From NCBI GenBank assembly GCA_964106915.2, contig OZ066927.1: DNA of 64,000 nt. One strand, given 5' to 3'. A program made the position numbers and the translations under genes. Below the pieces are notes generated by a model. It was given only the letters and a program-made list of their open reading frames with translations. It was not told the origin of the DNA and made no database searches. Below are positions 24,903 through 38,434 of the stretch, one piece after another (the first letter of the stretch is position 1; every line of letters starts with the position of its first letter). This stretch comes from Podarcis gaigeae (lineage: Eukaryota).

Positions 24903-26687
24903 CTTAAAAAAATAGAAACAAAGCCCTGACATTAATATGAAAACATAGCCCCAGTTTGTGTCACACGCATTGACACATTAAATTAAATTAAGTGAAAATG
25001 AAACTTGGTGGTCAGTAAGGAAGTTCATTCTATGACCTGGGTTGTAAGTTCTCTGCAAACATCCCAGCATTTTTTGGTTTTTTCGGATTAGGATATACTT
25101 AAAAAATGTGTGAGACATAGAATGAATTCTGCAGACTACTAGTTTATGAATCTTAAGGCATTAATTTTTACACCTCTAGCCTAATTTGGGATCAAGAGGG
25201 TTCCAATGACAGAGAAGATCCACAGTGCTCTGAAATAATCAGTGGAAGCATCATCAAAAAGAAAGAAAGCAGTGCAAGTGGTCAAAATATACATATAGTG
25301 TACGTGACCAAAGTTTGCCTGTATAAAACTGTCTGAGGAGTGATGGCTTGTCTCTCTATCTCTACTATGTATAATATACACACTCCAACTACAGAGTGTA
25401 ATAACGATTGAAGCTGGGACCTACATGTGAAGCACATGGTCTGTCCACAAGTTTTGCTCTGCTTAGAGAGAGGGGTTTTTTTTTAAGGGCTTTGCTTTGC
25501 TTTGCTTTGCTCACATGAATGAAGGTAAATGGACTACTAAGAATCTGTGGGCTATTAGTTTTGTTTGCTTATTTTCAACACTACATTGGAAGCATTGACT
25601 TCTCTTTACCAAATGTTCAAGCAATTCTGATCGGTGAGGGGAGGAAGCAGATATCAGGGTAGCTGTAGCCAGATACCAGACAGCAGCAGCCTCCTTGTAT
25701 ACTCCCCACAAATTCTCATCTATTTCCTTATTGCCTATTTCAACTGGCTTCTATTATCCTGACCACTTTCAGATTTCTTGTCTCTCAGTTCTAAAACAGA
25801 CTTTGCATACTCATGTATGTATTTATTGCAGGGAGGTTGTAATGCAATTCCACTGAAATCTCAGAACAACTGCCTTCCTGTTTGAGATTCTGGGTCCTCT
25901 GGTCTGAAACTTTTTGCTCCCAAGGTTTGAGGCTTTTTAGTTTACTTGTTAAAAAGTGAGTAAGTGGGTGGGGAAATCACAAAGTTGTATGAAATCATGC
26001 ATGGCATGGAGAAAGTGGATGAGATGAACACTAAGGATCAACCAATGAAGTTGTCAACAATAAATGAACAGTCAACAATAAATAAAGTTCCTGGTACAGA
26101 ATAATAGAATACAAGAAAGAGTAAATCATATTGTGCTATTGGGTGAAATTTAACCCTTAGAAAATAAAGGTAATAGCTTTATAAATAGTTCTAAACTTCT
26201 ACTTTCCTCTTTCTCCCCCTTTCTAGCTACATAAATTATTTTATTTTTATTGCTTTAATGGTAAGTACAACCTATTTATAATGTTGTTCTACCCAATACA
26301 ATTATTTATAGCATTTGTTTCTAAGACACTGTGGAAATACCATAAGCATGGTAACATCAGTTACAAAATAAAAGTATCTGGAAGACACTAAAACAAAATC
26401 TGCAAAAAAGAAACAAACTCTGTCTAAAGAATCAACAAATGGTGACATCACACTTGCCTACCAAACACTCTCATACAACACCAAACTGAGGAAATCTGTG
26501 TCCCGGAGATATTCTGAGTACAGACAAAGTTCTCAATACTGTGCTGCCTCATACCTTGTGACAGGCAATTCACACATTTTAGCTGAAGCGTCAAGTTAAC
26601 CAAATATGCACCAGAATGTGGGGCATATGAACATTACAAGAAAGTGACTGCGGTAGAAAATTTGTGTGGAACAGAGAAGGACAATAC

Positions 26688-26795
26688 CTGTACTGATCCC
26701 CCATGCCGATCTGAAGTTAAGTGAGATTGCAGAAACAAAGCATTGGCTTGTCGCATTGGTGCCATTTCCCATTCTCCACGACGTTCTGATGCAGA
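26688..26795 (-). CDS. CSNK1G1: CSNK1G1 cassette exon (SASERRGEWEMAPMRQANALFLQSHLTSDRHGGSVQ)
   Basis: tatgcag acceptor, gtattg donor, 108 nt, phase 0-0; matches the known alternative CK1-gamma1 insert SERRGEWE...DRHGGSVQ. Confidence 0.85.
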
Positions 26796-27513
26796 CTGCA
26801 TAGGCATTTGCAAGCACAGAGCAAAAAGAGAGGAGGGAAGGCAAAGGTAAACCAGAGCAAAGCAATGCTTTATTTTAAAAAGCACATTGTCAGCTCGCTG
26901 TAGGGTGGGCGCCGAGAAGCAAAGCAATGAAGAAGTATTAATTCTGACAAGTCTACTCCCAACCGTTTGCACAGAAGCCAAAAGCAGTAAATACCAAAGT
27001 GGACTTCCTATGGGGGGGGGGGGTCCAGGGCAAGTCTCTGTTATCAAACATTTTAAAGGTTAGCCAAGCCTACTTGCAGTCACACAATCTCTCACACATG
27101 TGTACATACTTTATAGATATATACACACACATCATAGGTCCAAGTACAAACCTCTCTTCTCAGCCCAGTGCTGCAGTGGAAATGCAGATCATTCCATTAC
27201 AGCGATGGGTAGAGAGATCTAAAGCCATCCCAATACTGTAAAAAGTCCTATCTTGCAAAAAAAAGTCTCTCCTTCCTTCAAAGCCTGACATTCACCATTA
27301 TATATCACTCATTTCAAATATACAGTAAAGCAGATTAGCAGGAAAGATTCCTAAATAAATGATAATATTAATTATTCAGCCTTCCTACCACCCCAAACAC
27401 CCAAGAAACAGAATTAACAGTCTTTTCTCTGTATGTCCCTCTTTATAAATTACAAGTTTCAGTAAAGATTTGAATGGAAAGTTAATAGTTGAAACAATGT
27501 TATGCTAACAAAC

Positions 27514-27615
27514 CTGATTTCGGAGAGGCTGCATCGATGATCGATCCCTATGTGCATGGATGTCTCTTGTTACAGATGGTCCAGACTCCACATGCATGGG
27601 CCCCACTGGAGTGGG
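27514..27615 (-). CDS. CSNK1G1: CSNK1G1 coding exon ([34 protein letters not shown])
   Basis: ttttccag acceptor, gtttgt donor, 102 nt. Confidence 0.9.
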
Positions 27616-28596
27616 CTGGAAAAGAAACACACACACAAACAGAATTGACCCACCAGGTGACTCTCAAACAATCCGTTGACTTAACAACTAGAGCAGATAA
27701 TTTTTTAGTAGAAACCAAACAGATGCTGCCCCCCTATCTTCAATTAATGAACTTGCTGCTTTCAGCCAGTAGCCTACAGCTTCAAGACAAAGAGCTACAC
27801 CTGAAATCTCATGCTATCCAGCTGGCCAAAAAAATGCACATTTTTAACATCTACATGAATGTGGTAGATGCCACAGTGCTGTTCTGAACTTCTCGTTCTG
27901 GACACTCCTCTACCTTCCTGGAGGTTTAATCTTCCCCTGATAATGATGGACAAATGTCTCCTCAGAATATATGAGGTTTGCTCTTCGACCCCCTCTTGGT
28001 CCGAGAGGAGAGTTTGGCAATCAGATTGATTCACCCACCCTCACCCACTGGTCACGTTTGACCCTCTAGAGGGTGGGGAGATAACAATCTGCCTGCAGCC
28101 TGGAAAAGTTCCTCAATGCTGCCACACACGGCTGAAGGCAGGGAACAGATTATGTAACATGAAAATAATCTTATGGCGAATTTAGTTGATAAGGGAAAGG
28201 AGAAAAGGCAACTAAGTCATACTAAAAAAGAAGTAGAAATGAGCACAAACAGTTACAATCGGTCATATCTGACAATCTATGGTTCTTGAGGAGAGCCAAG
28301 AAAATATGCATTCTGTCATCCCTCCAGTCACAATGCAAGAGCACCAATTGCACCTACATTAAAATACCACTTGTTCGGAAAGACACATTTAGTAACTTGA
28401 ACAAAGAAAAATGTTTGGAGCCTTGAACACGTATATGGCTTTGCAGTAAAGTTTTCAATGTACAGCAAAAAGGTCATATTGTGTTCTCAGTTCATCATGA
28501 AGTGATTACTTGCAATGCAACTGGCATTTAAAAGGGACATTATAGAAAGAGCAACAGTCAAGAAAAAAAGGAATATGTCACTCAGCTCCAACATAC

Positions 28597-28745
28597 AATT
28601 GGCCTGCCAACCCAGTCGTAGGCGTAATCAAAGGTGAATCCTCTCTTTTCAAATAACTCTGTGAAGATTGTTCGTAGATAATCATAGTCTGGTCTCTCGA
28701 AGAAGTCTAATCGTCTGACATAACGAAGATAAGCTGCCATCTCCT
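28597..28745 (-). CDS. CSNK1G1: CSNK1G1 coding exon ([50 protein letters not shown])
   Basis: 149 nt, AG/GT boundaries, end of the kinase C-lobe. Confidence 0.95.
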
Positions 28746-30931
28746 CTGTTAAAGGGAATTAGGAAGAAGCAACATCAGATAATCTGTTCAGAAAGAAGTA
28801 GAAGCAGAATACATTTCAACATTACCTACTGGTTGGATTAATCCCCTAAGATATAAACCTACAAAAGTAGATGAGGGGGTCAACAAACCTGTGCCACTGG
28901 TAGGATGATATTTCCAAATGGTTCTCCTTAGTACACTTGAGGCCATTTAGACATATGAAAAGGCAAACTTTCAGGTAGCAAAAATATATACTGGAGAGCA
29001 GTTTAGAGAGCAGGAAGCATTTACACCAGACCTCCCAATTCTCTCAGTGGACATCAACATAAAAATACTCATTTTTTCAAGTGTACTACCTCAACAGTTC
29101 AGGGTAGGTTAAAGCATGAAGGGTAGGTTAACACTGAAGGGGCGCTGCGCAGAGAGGGAGAGCTGCGCAGCGACCTTTCAGTGAAGCGGGAGGAGAAACG
29201 AAGCCCCTTCCATTTCTCCTCCCGCTTTGCTGTAAAGGTGCTGCACAGAGAGGGAGAGAATATTTTTCCCTTGTTCTCCTCCTCTGAATCCAGGTGCGTC
29301 TTATGGTCGGGTGCGTCTTATAGAGCAAAAAATGCGGTATATTGAATAGATGGGCTCCTGTCTTCAAAACAAGGGCCCATAAGCCAAGTTACAAAGAGAG
29401 GCAAAAGCAAATGAAAATAATGAAGAATAGCTGCATTTTAAGAGCTATTTGAATCTATGTCCTTGCCATAACATTCTGTAGAGGTCATTGTGCTATAATC
29501 AGATGCAGGGAACAGAGCCTACACTGCTAATCTGGAGTCAGTAATAACCCAAATAAGGCCACAAATGTTTTGAACAATAACTCAACATACTGTATTCTTC
29601 AGCGTATAAGACACTATTTCCCCCCTATTTTTTCAAGTTTAAAATTGGGGATCGTCTTATACAGAGATAGTGCATATGGGGGATTTCTTTATTTGGAGTC
29701 CCAAAAAATGGGGGTCTTGTTATACACGGGGGCATGTTATACACAGAAATATATGGTATGCTGCTCAGAAGTTTAAAGGGCTACTTGATTTAAATCAGTC
29801 ACAACCTGCTGGTCTTGAATGTTCTTTGAGGTACAGCACCTCTGCTGAGCTACATATATATAATGACGAGTAATATGACAGCTATCAAACAGCAAAGAGG
29901 TATTTCTTCCCATTGTTAATTATGTTGCACTTGCATGCTGGACTAAAAGAAAGAGTGGGTGCAGGTAATTCTCTCCCCGACCCTCCCCGATGACATCAAT
30001 AGCAATCAGATTGCTTGAAGTCCATATAAGTATAAAACAGAGTATTTTCAGGTTCATCACACTTATCCAATGACTCACTGACTTAGGAAAGCTATTCAGA
30101 GCCACTACTGCCTCCCTAGGATTCAGTGAAAATGAGACAGAGTTGGGTGCTAGTGTGCTGACAACACCACACACCTAGTCTCCTAAGAACCCAAGGAGGA
30201 CTGGAACCACCAAAGGCAATGCCCATGAGGTCCACATTGGAAGATGTCCCAGATGGACCCCAGCCCCAGTCCATGATATTGGATATTACCACTGAGAGTT
30301 CTAGAAGAAACAGCAAAGAAAAACATTCCTCCCAATTCATTTTCCAGCAATCAAGGCACTTTCTATCCTTGAAATGGGTCAACAACCATGTTTGCTAACT
30401 TGTCACTCAGCTACTCACATCACCATTCTAGGGCCCTACCTATCAAAAACAATCAATTCCAAAGAAGCGCATGGAGGACTGTAGCCATATGCAGGCTACA
30501 AAAGAAAGCTGCCTCTCTAGCAGAGTTGTTGTGGACTTGACTAGACTGATGTACTCTGTGCTAGGACTGGCACTTATCATTAGCCAGGTGGCTGCAAGCA
30601 ACCATTTAAAACCAGCGAAGGGTAACCTGTGGCTCTCTGGATGTTGATGGGCTCCAACTCCCAGAAGTCACAGCCATTATGGTCAATGGTCAGGAATGAT
30701 GAAAATAGTTACCCAACAACACTTGGAGAGTCACAGGTTAAACACAAGTATCACTGAAATTTACAGCCAACTCTGATGTTAGCCATACATTGAACAAAGA
30801 ATCCAAGCATACCAGTAGGAACACATTTGTTCCAACACTTGAGCTCAGGAAATGCTGCTTTAACAGGAGCCTGGTTCCTATTTTCAGAAGGCACCTTGCA
30901 CAGAAGATAAACGACCCAGTATGAAACTTAC

Positions 30932-31016
30932 CTGGGAAGTTCTCACAGAGAACATCAATTGGAGTGTTCCTCTTTGTGTCCCCAATCTTCTGGTATCTCT
31001 CTTTTAATGTATCAGC
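30932..31016 (-). CDS. CSNK1G1: CSNK1G1 coding exon ([28 protein letters not shown])
   Basis: 85 nt, acacag / gtaagt. Confidence 0.95.
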
Positions 31017-31855
31017 CTGTGTAAAGCAAATATATATATTTTAAGAGGGTTAGGCTACGCAGTAAGGCAAGCCACTCTCTTCCCCTCTCTGCCTCCCATA
31101 TGCAACATGGGGATAATATTGACCTACTTTGCAAACTAAGATTATGTAAAGCCGTTTGAGCACTATAAAGTACCATATACACATTACTTGTTACTACTAT
31201 TGCATGAACAGATCTGCATGTGCAAGCTCCCACAACATGGCTTTCCTGCCAGCTCCTTGACCCATTACAGCCAGTCTGCACCCTCTCCAAAGCTCCTCTT
31301 TCTACACAGCCCAGAAAAGGGGTGTTTGAAGTTATTCTGAAACGTGCTCTTTACAAGAACATTTACTCTAAGACCATTACTATCTATAATGCATGATAAT
31401 CAGCAAGTTGAGAGCGACTCTACTAAACTAATTATCTCCTTCACCCATTAACTCTCTAACCCTTTGCTGTATTCATCCTGACAAAGGACTTCCATCTGCA
31501 CCACAGCACAGCTCATCAAGCATCTGTTTACAACAGAAGATCTAAAAAGGATGGGAGCCTGATCCTTCCCACCCGATAAAAGCCTATTCCAGATTTTCCT
31601 CCTTTATTTGCACACTAGACCTCTTTTTTGTTACTGTTCCTTAATGAGGTTCCAAGAACAAAACAAGGAGAGTTGATGCTAAACCTCTGTGTGGGAGGCC
31701 TCCTCCTTTGTGGGCTGACAAATTGGATGTGAGGGACTCCAGCTGTGAAGTGGACAGGAGGGGCTAGGCAGATGAAGAAGGGTTATACAGAGAAAAATCA
31801 GGCAAAATGAAAACAGGAACTAAAGGGAAGCTTGAAAATGCAGGTAGGTAGTCGA

Positions 31856-31992
31856 AACAAAATAAAAAAAAATCCTTCCAGTAGCACCTTAGAGACCAAC
31901 TAAGTTTTTTATTGGCATGAGCTTTCATGTGCATGCACACTTCTTCAGATATCTGAAGAATATTTGGTCTCTAAGATGCTACTGGAAGAATT
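31856..31992. mobile_element. Degenerate Penelope-like inverted terminal repeat fragment
   Basis: Homologous to the 40687-40883 palindrome; central palindrome TTCTTCAGATATCTGAAGAA; right arm internally deleted. Confidence 0.7.
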
Positions 31993-32232
31993 AAAAAAAA
32001 AATTTTTTTTAAATGTAGCTCATCTGCATTGGGGCAAAATTAAGGATAAGAGATGCAGCAGAAGAAGCATGTCTTGCAGTCATATTTAGCTGCTCAGTAA
32101 GGAATATGTCAGCAATTAAAAACAAAAGGGCAAGACATGCAACTTCCGCTGGCTGACTATCAGGATTAAATTCAAAGTTGACTAGCAAACTGAAGAGTAT
32201 CATAGTGAGTGGAGCTTGGGCAATGAACCAGT

Positions 32233-32666
32233 CAGGGCCAGCTTGTCCATGAAGACAGGTGAAGTGCCTGCCTCAGGTGGCAGAAATGCATGAGGTGGCG
32301 CCCCACCTGCCCCACCACTTCCGCTGCCATAAGGGAGACGTTCTAGCATCCAAACATTGCCTCTCATCTTCCCCGCACCTGGGGAGGGAGAAGCCAAGCG
32401 ATAACGTTTTGAGGGGTGCCCTGGCTCCTGCCAAGTTTGGCAAGTTCAAAGACATTTCTGTGTGACATGCTGCCACTTGGCTCCCACTTCCCCAATGGGA
32501 GGGGTGGGAGAAGCCAAATGACAACATTTTGAGGAGTGCCCCAGCCCCTGCAAAGTTCAGTAAAATCCAAGGCGCAGAAGAAGTAGTGTTGGGGGGTAAG
32601 GAGTGAAGACAGGAGGTGGGAAATCCTATTTTGCCTCAGGTGGTGAAACAGGAAGAGCCACCCCTG
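32233..32666. mobile_element. Old non-autonomous hAT element
   Basis: CAGGG...CCCTG ends; flanks GAACCAGT / CCACCAGT (6/8 TSD match); internal direct repeat. Confidence 0.5.
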
Positions 32667-32711
32667 CCACCAGTTATCACTGACCAAAGCCATGTTTTCT
32701 TATAAACTGTA

Positions 32712-32961
32712 CACTCGTACCTTGGTTGACGAACGCCTTGCAAGTCAAACGTTTTGGCTCCCAAACACCGCAAACTTGGAAGTGAGTGTTCCGGTTTGCT
32801 AACGTTCTTTGGAACCCGAACATCCGACACGGCTGACACAGCTTCCGATTGGCTGCAGAGGCTTCCTGCAGCCAATTGGAAGCCGTGCCTTGGTTTCCAA
32901 ATGTTTTGGAAGTCGAACGGATTTCCAGAACGGATTCCATTCGACTTCCAAGGTACCACTG
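32712..32961. mobile_element. Tigger-like MITE, family B
   Basis: TA-flanked; ends CCAAGGTACCACTG. Confidence 0.78.
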
Positions 32962-33063
32962 TACAAGTAAATCTGAATCCTCAGAGAAGAGAGTAAAGCT
33001 CTACGTCAAACAGGAAGTATCTGCTGGCAGCTATTATGTTGAGCAACACACTTTAGCAAATAC

Positions 33064-33149
33064 CTTAAGGCCTTGCCAGGGCAAACTGCCTCGAAGGAAA
33101 TACATGAACATATGTCCAAGGGCTTCCAAGTCATCTCGACGACTTTGCT
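33064..33149 (-). CDS. CSNK1G1: CSNK1G1 coding exon ([29 protein letters not shown])
   Basis: 86 nt; CK1 signature motifs SRRDDLE and LPWQGLK. Confidence 0.97.
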
Positions 33150-33468
33150 CTGAAAAGATGTAAGAAAATGCACCACTGCTTTATCCGCTCTATCAGAAAT
33201 GCCTACTAAATTACATTCCTAGCTCTGGCACAATGTTGAAAACATTTGTAGGCAACAGGGAGCACAGAAGGGGATATTTGTCAAAGACTCCTAATTGGCC
33301 ATGAAGTCTTAGTGTAGATTTATTCTCTATTTACAAAAAGACATCCCTGCTTCATGCTCTATGGATGAACTGGCTCCAAATCTAGATACAGCTATTTCAT
33401 TAAAGTGGTCTTTAGCTTATTGCAAGTCAGGAATAAAAACCCCAGCACTATGGTAAAAATAGCATTTA

Positions 33469-33694
33469 CAGTGGTACCTCGGGTTAAGTACTTAATTCGT
33501 TCCAGAAGTCCGTTCTTAACCTGAAACTGTTCTTAACCTGAAGCACCACTTTAGCTAATGGGGCCTCCTGGGGCTGTTGCGCCGCCGGAGCACGATTTCT
33601 GTTCTCATCCTGAAGCAAAGATCTTAACCTGAGGTACTATTTCTGGGTTGGCAGAGTCTGTAACCTGAAGCGTATGTAACCTGAGGTACCATTG
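33469..33694. mobile_element. Tigger-like MITE, family A
   Basis: TA|CAGTGGTACCTC ... GAGGTACCATTG|TA. Confidence 0.85.
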
Positions 33695-34720
33695 TATAGG
33701 GTTGCTTATGCAACCTCTACAAGATGGATAAATGTGTCCTTTCAAGTATGACATAGCCTATGCTGTGAAGCTTCCAAGATATTCAACGGAGTACAGTGCA
33801 CTCTACTAGTGTGAAGACAAAGCATTACGGGCAATGAGAAGTCAAGATTGCAAGGACAGTAAAACAGTAAAAGCTCCAAAGAAGCCCATGTGGATTACAC
33901 AAGTGCAACTAAGGCATTTACATAAGTAGCCAAACAAGAAGCACTCTGGAAGCTAAATAATGCTTTGGGTGTTTTCTGCTAGAGCTGGCTTACAGGTTGA
34001 CATAAAACAACACAAACACTGATTTGCTAAAAATCTATTTCAGAGTTTCAAAAAGCTATCAATACCAAAACAGCTAAGGACAAAACTGTGTGTATATGGG
34101 CAAGAGCAAAATCCAAATGGAACTAAAAAAGTGCAAGGAAACTACTGAAGAGCTAGTCAGATAAAAGCCATTAATGGACAAAATGAAAAGCTACTGCTGT
34201 TGGTAGGTTTTCATTTGGTCTGGTAAAGGCTATTTTATGTATATTATTTGTAATCAACATACCGTATTTTTTCTGTGTATAAGATTATATTTTTCCCTAA
34301 ATCCACTTATACATGGATAGTACATTTTCTTAATTTTGAGTCCTGAAAAATAGCGGGTGTCTTATACACGGAGGCATCTTATACATAGAAAAAGACGGTA
34401 TTTATTAATATTCTTAATAATGAAATTTAAATATATTTGTAAAAAAAGGTGCTACTGACAGGTAGGCATGCAAAATTATGCAACAGTAACAACAATATGT
34501 CTTTTAAGTTGTAAGCCTGAGGACAGTCTTCTTCCACTTAAGAGCAGGATAAAAATGCTTTGAAAACACACAAAAAGCATTCAAATGTCTCATTTTTGGT
34601 AACATCTGAAAATGTTTTAATGGCATAAGTTCTGTAGAAAAGAGCCTGAGCTCTTCCGCTAATACAGATGAAGTAATACATAATACAGATGAAGTAAGAT
34701 ACAAAGGTATCGTAACAAAC

Positions 34721-34955
34721 CTTTGCCAAGATGGGTGTTGATGGACATATATCTTGCTGTTCCAGTTAGACTCTTGTGTTCCCTGTAAGGTATGTGTTTT
34801 TGGGTTTCAGGATCAATGTACTCCTTGGCCAGTCCAAAGTCTATTATGTGGATGATGTGTTCTTTCTTATTTCCTTGTCGTCCAATAAGGAAGTTTTCTG
34901 GCTTGACATCTCGATAAATGAGATTCTTTGAGTGCACAAATTCCATTCGAGAGAT
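34721..34955 (-). CDS. CSNK1G1: CSNK1G1 coding exon (catalytic loop [28 protein letters not shown])
   Basis: 235 nt, cttacag / gtttgt. Confidence 0.97.
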
Positions 34956-35639
34956 CTGTAAGACAAGACAGTATTTAAATGCCTTTAATTACAAAACTGT
35001 CAAGGGTTTGTCAGTTATTCAAGAGCTAGTGTACATTAAAGTGTAAGTTAACATCATTCCCAGATGTTAAAATACCTTAATAAAAAAGAAATAATACGGT
35101 GTTTTTTATAGAAGAAATCCATCTGCCAAGGAAACCTCAAGGTGTTCCAGAAGATTTTGAAGTATGATCTACATAAGAGAATCAGTTCATTGAATGGCTC
35201 TGAGCATGCCTGTTGTCATTGTTGCCCCACATGAACAGACAGGCAGCGCAGAACATCCTCAACATCCCAAGGAATAGGACGCTTGACAGCAATTGGAAGC
35301 AAGCCAACTTCTAGGAGCCTTGTTCATCATTCCTCATCTCACTGATAACACCTCTTATAAGCTTCAAGAAATCCCAGAGTTCCATACAAGTTTGAATGCC
35401 ACTTCTCTAATCCATGTTCTGCTTTCCATCATCATCAGACTCTTGAAAACTAGAAGTTATCTAGCGCAACCTACTCTTCAACTCGTACACATTTAACATG
35501 ATGCACTTGCAATCAATCTGACCAGCTTAACACATGTACAACCATTTGAAAGTGCCCAAACTCTATTTTGGGAACCGAACCTTACGCACAGGACCAGCTA
35601 AGTTGCATTTCCTTGTCTGCCACCAACAACAAGGCCTGA

Positions 35640-36770
35640 TAATATAATTGTAGACCATGGGGTAGTAACCTCAAGGCTGGAATACTACAATGCACTCTTA
35701 TGTGGAGCTACCTTTGGCCTGGCTCAGAAGCTCCAACTGGTGCAGAATGTGGCGGTTGGACTGCAGATAAGCACCTGACAAACAACATGTGACACCATTA
35801 CTAAAACCTCTACACTGGCTGCCCATTACTACTGAGCCAGGCTAAAGGCCCGTGTATTAGCTTACAAAGCTCTTAACTATTTAATTCCAGGGTATCTTTG
35901 GGACTGCCTGATCCCTTACACCCCAGCTCAATCACTGACACATGAAGAAGAGTTGTTAGTCATTCCCCAAGTTTGTGAGGCTCATTTGACTGCAATAAGA
36001 AACCAAGCCGTTAATACAGGGGTCGGCAAACTATGGCCCCTGGGCCGGATCAGGCCCACCTGGGTCTAAATCCGGCCCATACTGCAAAGCCCGCTGCGAA
36101 GCCGAGACTCCTAGCGATGATGACAGGAGGAAGAGGCCGAGCAGCGGCGGCTCTGCCAATCAAATGCTATGCTTGGTTTACTTCAGTGCAGCGACATCTC
36201 TGCCAATCAAACGCCACACCTGGTTTACCTCAGTGGTATTTCACTGGCAGAGACGTCCCTGCGCCGTGCTGAGGTAAACCAGGTATGGTGTTTGATTGGC
36301 AGAGCTGCCGCTCGGCTTCTTCCTCCCATCGCCGCCCTGGTGCTCCTGTGAGCCAGAGAACAGCGAGGACGAGCTCACTCTGCATACCCGCTTCACAAGA
36401 GGCAGACGCAGCAGCGGCGGTGGTGATGGTGGCAGACCCTGGGAAGCTTTCTTTCTCTGGGCGGGGAGAAAGCCCGTTTCGCGCCACTGCTGCCAGCCCT
36501 TCGGCGATTGAGGCAGGCGGCAAACCAAGAAGGTGGCTGGGGCTGGGTGGGGAGGAGGACTACTGGCCCCCCTCGCAGTGTGCATATATAGTCCAGCCCT
36601 CCATAAAGTCTGAGGGACAGTGGACCGGCCCCCTACAGAAAAGGTTTGCTGACCCCTGCTTTAGTAACTATCACCAGCCCAGTCTTGTGGAATACTCTGC
36701 CAATAGATTCAGCAGGCACCTGTCATTTCAACTTTTGAACACCTGTTGAAAACTTTTCTATTCTGTCAAG
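35640..36770 (+). mobile_element. Decayed L2-type LINE 3' fragment, interrupted by a hAT insertion
   Basis: 35640-36010 is homologous to the reverse complement of the L2 at 58277-58975 (TSRL.Y.N.LY..LP / LQ.VQN); it appears to resume after 36660. Confidence 0.6.
36017..36658. mobile_element. Non-autonomous hAT (Charlie-like) element
   Basis: TIRs CAGGGGTCGGCAAAC / GTTTGCTGACCCCTG; flanks CGTTAATA / CTTTAGTA; GGCCC-rich subterminal repeats. Confidence 0.82.
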
Positions 36771-37430
36771 CTGAAATAGACGATTATGAATATATCTTTC
36801 CATAATACATAGTTGATTTCTAATTTTTATATTTTTAATGGTCTTTTTGTATATACTGTTGTAAACCACTGATATTTTTCACAACCACCAGATATGCTAG
36901 CTGGGGTTGATGGAATCTGGAGACCAATGAGATCTGAAGGGCCACAGGCTCACCAGCCCGACATATGCAATCAATAATCCTTTCTAAACATCAACAAGAA
37001 CATAAATCATTCCATTCAGTTCTTGATATGTTCTTGATATGTTCAAATCTTGCTGTCTAAAGTGAACAAAGCATAGTAAACAAACCATTTATACTTACTG
37101 AGTTACTGAAGATTAACTCAACTAAGTACGACTAAGAAGCAAGAAAAAAACCCAGTGAACTAAACAAATAAATCACACACAAACACTTACTTTTCTTGAA
37201 AACTGAAAGTTAGCATAGTGCAAGGGAAGCCTGTTCCCATCAGCCCAAGTCAGCACAGCCAATGGTCAAAGATGTTGGGAGCTGTAATCCAACATCTGGA
37301 GACACTTTGTTGGCTACTCCCCATGTAAGAGTTAATATGTAGTTTCCTGAACCATTTGTTAATATTAGGAAATCATGTAAAATTGTAAGCCAAAGACTGC
37401 GAAATCAGCACAAACTATTCTTTTACTCAC

Positions 37431-37582
37431 CAGCTGGATTGCTATCATTAAGACTGTCTTCAGAGTGAATGTTCTATCACAAAGGTCAAATAAGTCCTCC
37501 AAACTTGGACCAAGGAGCTCAAGTACCATGGCATTGTACTTTCCACACGGCCCATAGTAAAACACCTGGGGGAAGCCTTCAA
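37431..37582 (-). CDS. CSNK1G1: CSNK1G1 coding exon ([51 protein letters not shown])
   Basis: 152 nt; CK1 motif [10 protein letters not shown]; ctttcag / gtgagt. Confidence 0.97.
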
Positions 37583-38089
37583 CTGAAAGTATACAAAACA
37601 TACTTTTGGAATACATCCAGATGGTTGCAGTAGCATCATTACTATTGTATGAAAACTACCAAAGCCAGCAGATTTTACTTATGCCAGTCAAATTCTGTCA
37701 CAAAAATGGTTCTGAAATTTATCTATCAATTGTTCTCCCCACCACACCACATGAAACCCTTTCAATTAATTTGTGAAGAGGTGGTGGTGGTTGTGTGTTG
37801 CTTTTTTGTAGAGCTGGTGTGCACTAGGACAGTAATAATCACAATCCATCAAACTTTACAGCTGGTATTTAAGAGCTACTTGGATGGGTGCAACGGTTTC
37901 TTCATGCTGACCAGGATATTTTACCCTTTTTTTATTTAAGCAAACCATATGACGTCACAAAACTGTTTTTCAAACTCCCCCACAAATTCACTTTCAGAAA
38001 TGGCTCACAGAGCATGGGAAGATGCTATCTGAGACATCAAAAGTTTAAAGCTCCCTTGGGCATACAGAACTGACTGATCCTAACTAGTA

Positions 38090-38301
38090 CAGTCATATCT
38101 TGGTTCTCGAACAGAATGCGTTCCAGGAGTCCGTTCGACTTCCAGAACTGTTTGAAAACCAAGACGTTTTCAATCAGAAGCCGTGGAAGCCACATTGGAT
38201 GTTCGGCTTCTGAAAAACATTTGAAAACCAGAACACTCCCGGTTTCATTTGGGAGCCGAAACATATGAGTTCTGGGGTATTACAGAACCAAGGTACAACT
38301 A
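38090..38301. mobile_element. Tigger-like MITE, family B (degenerate)
   Basis: Similar to 16868-17092. Confidence 0.6.
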
Positions 38302-38434
38302 TCTCTGTTACAAGAACAAAAGAGTCATGCTGGATCAGACCAAAGCCCAACTATTCCAGCATCCTGTATCCCACAGTGGTTTATCAGATGCCTGCTGGAA
38401 GCCCACTTGTCCTCAGGACATGAGGACAATAGTA

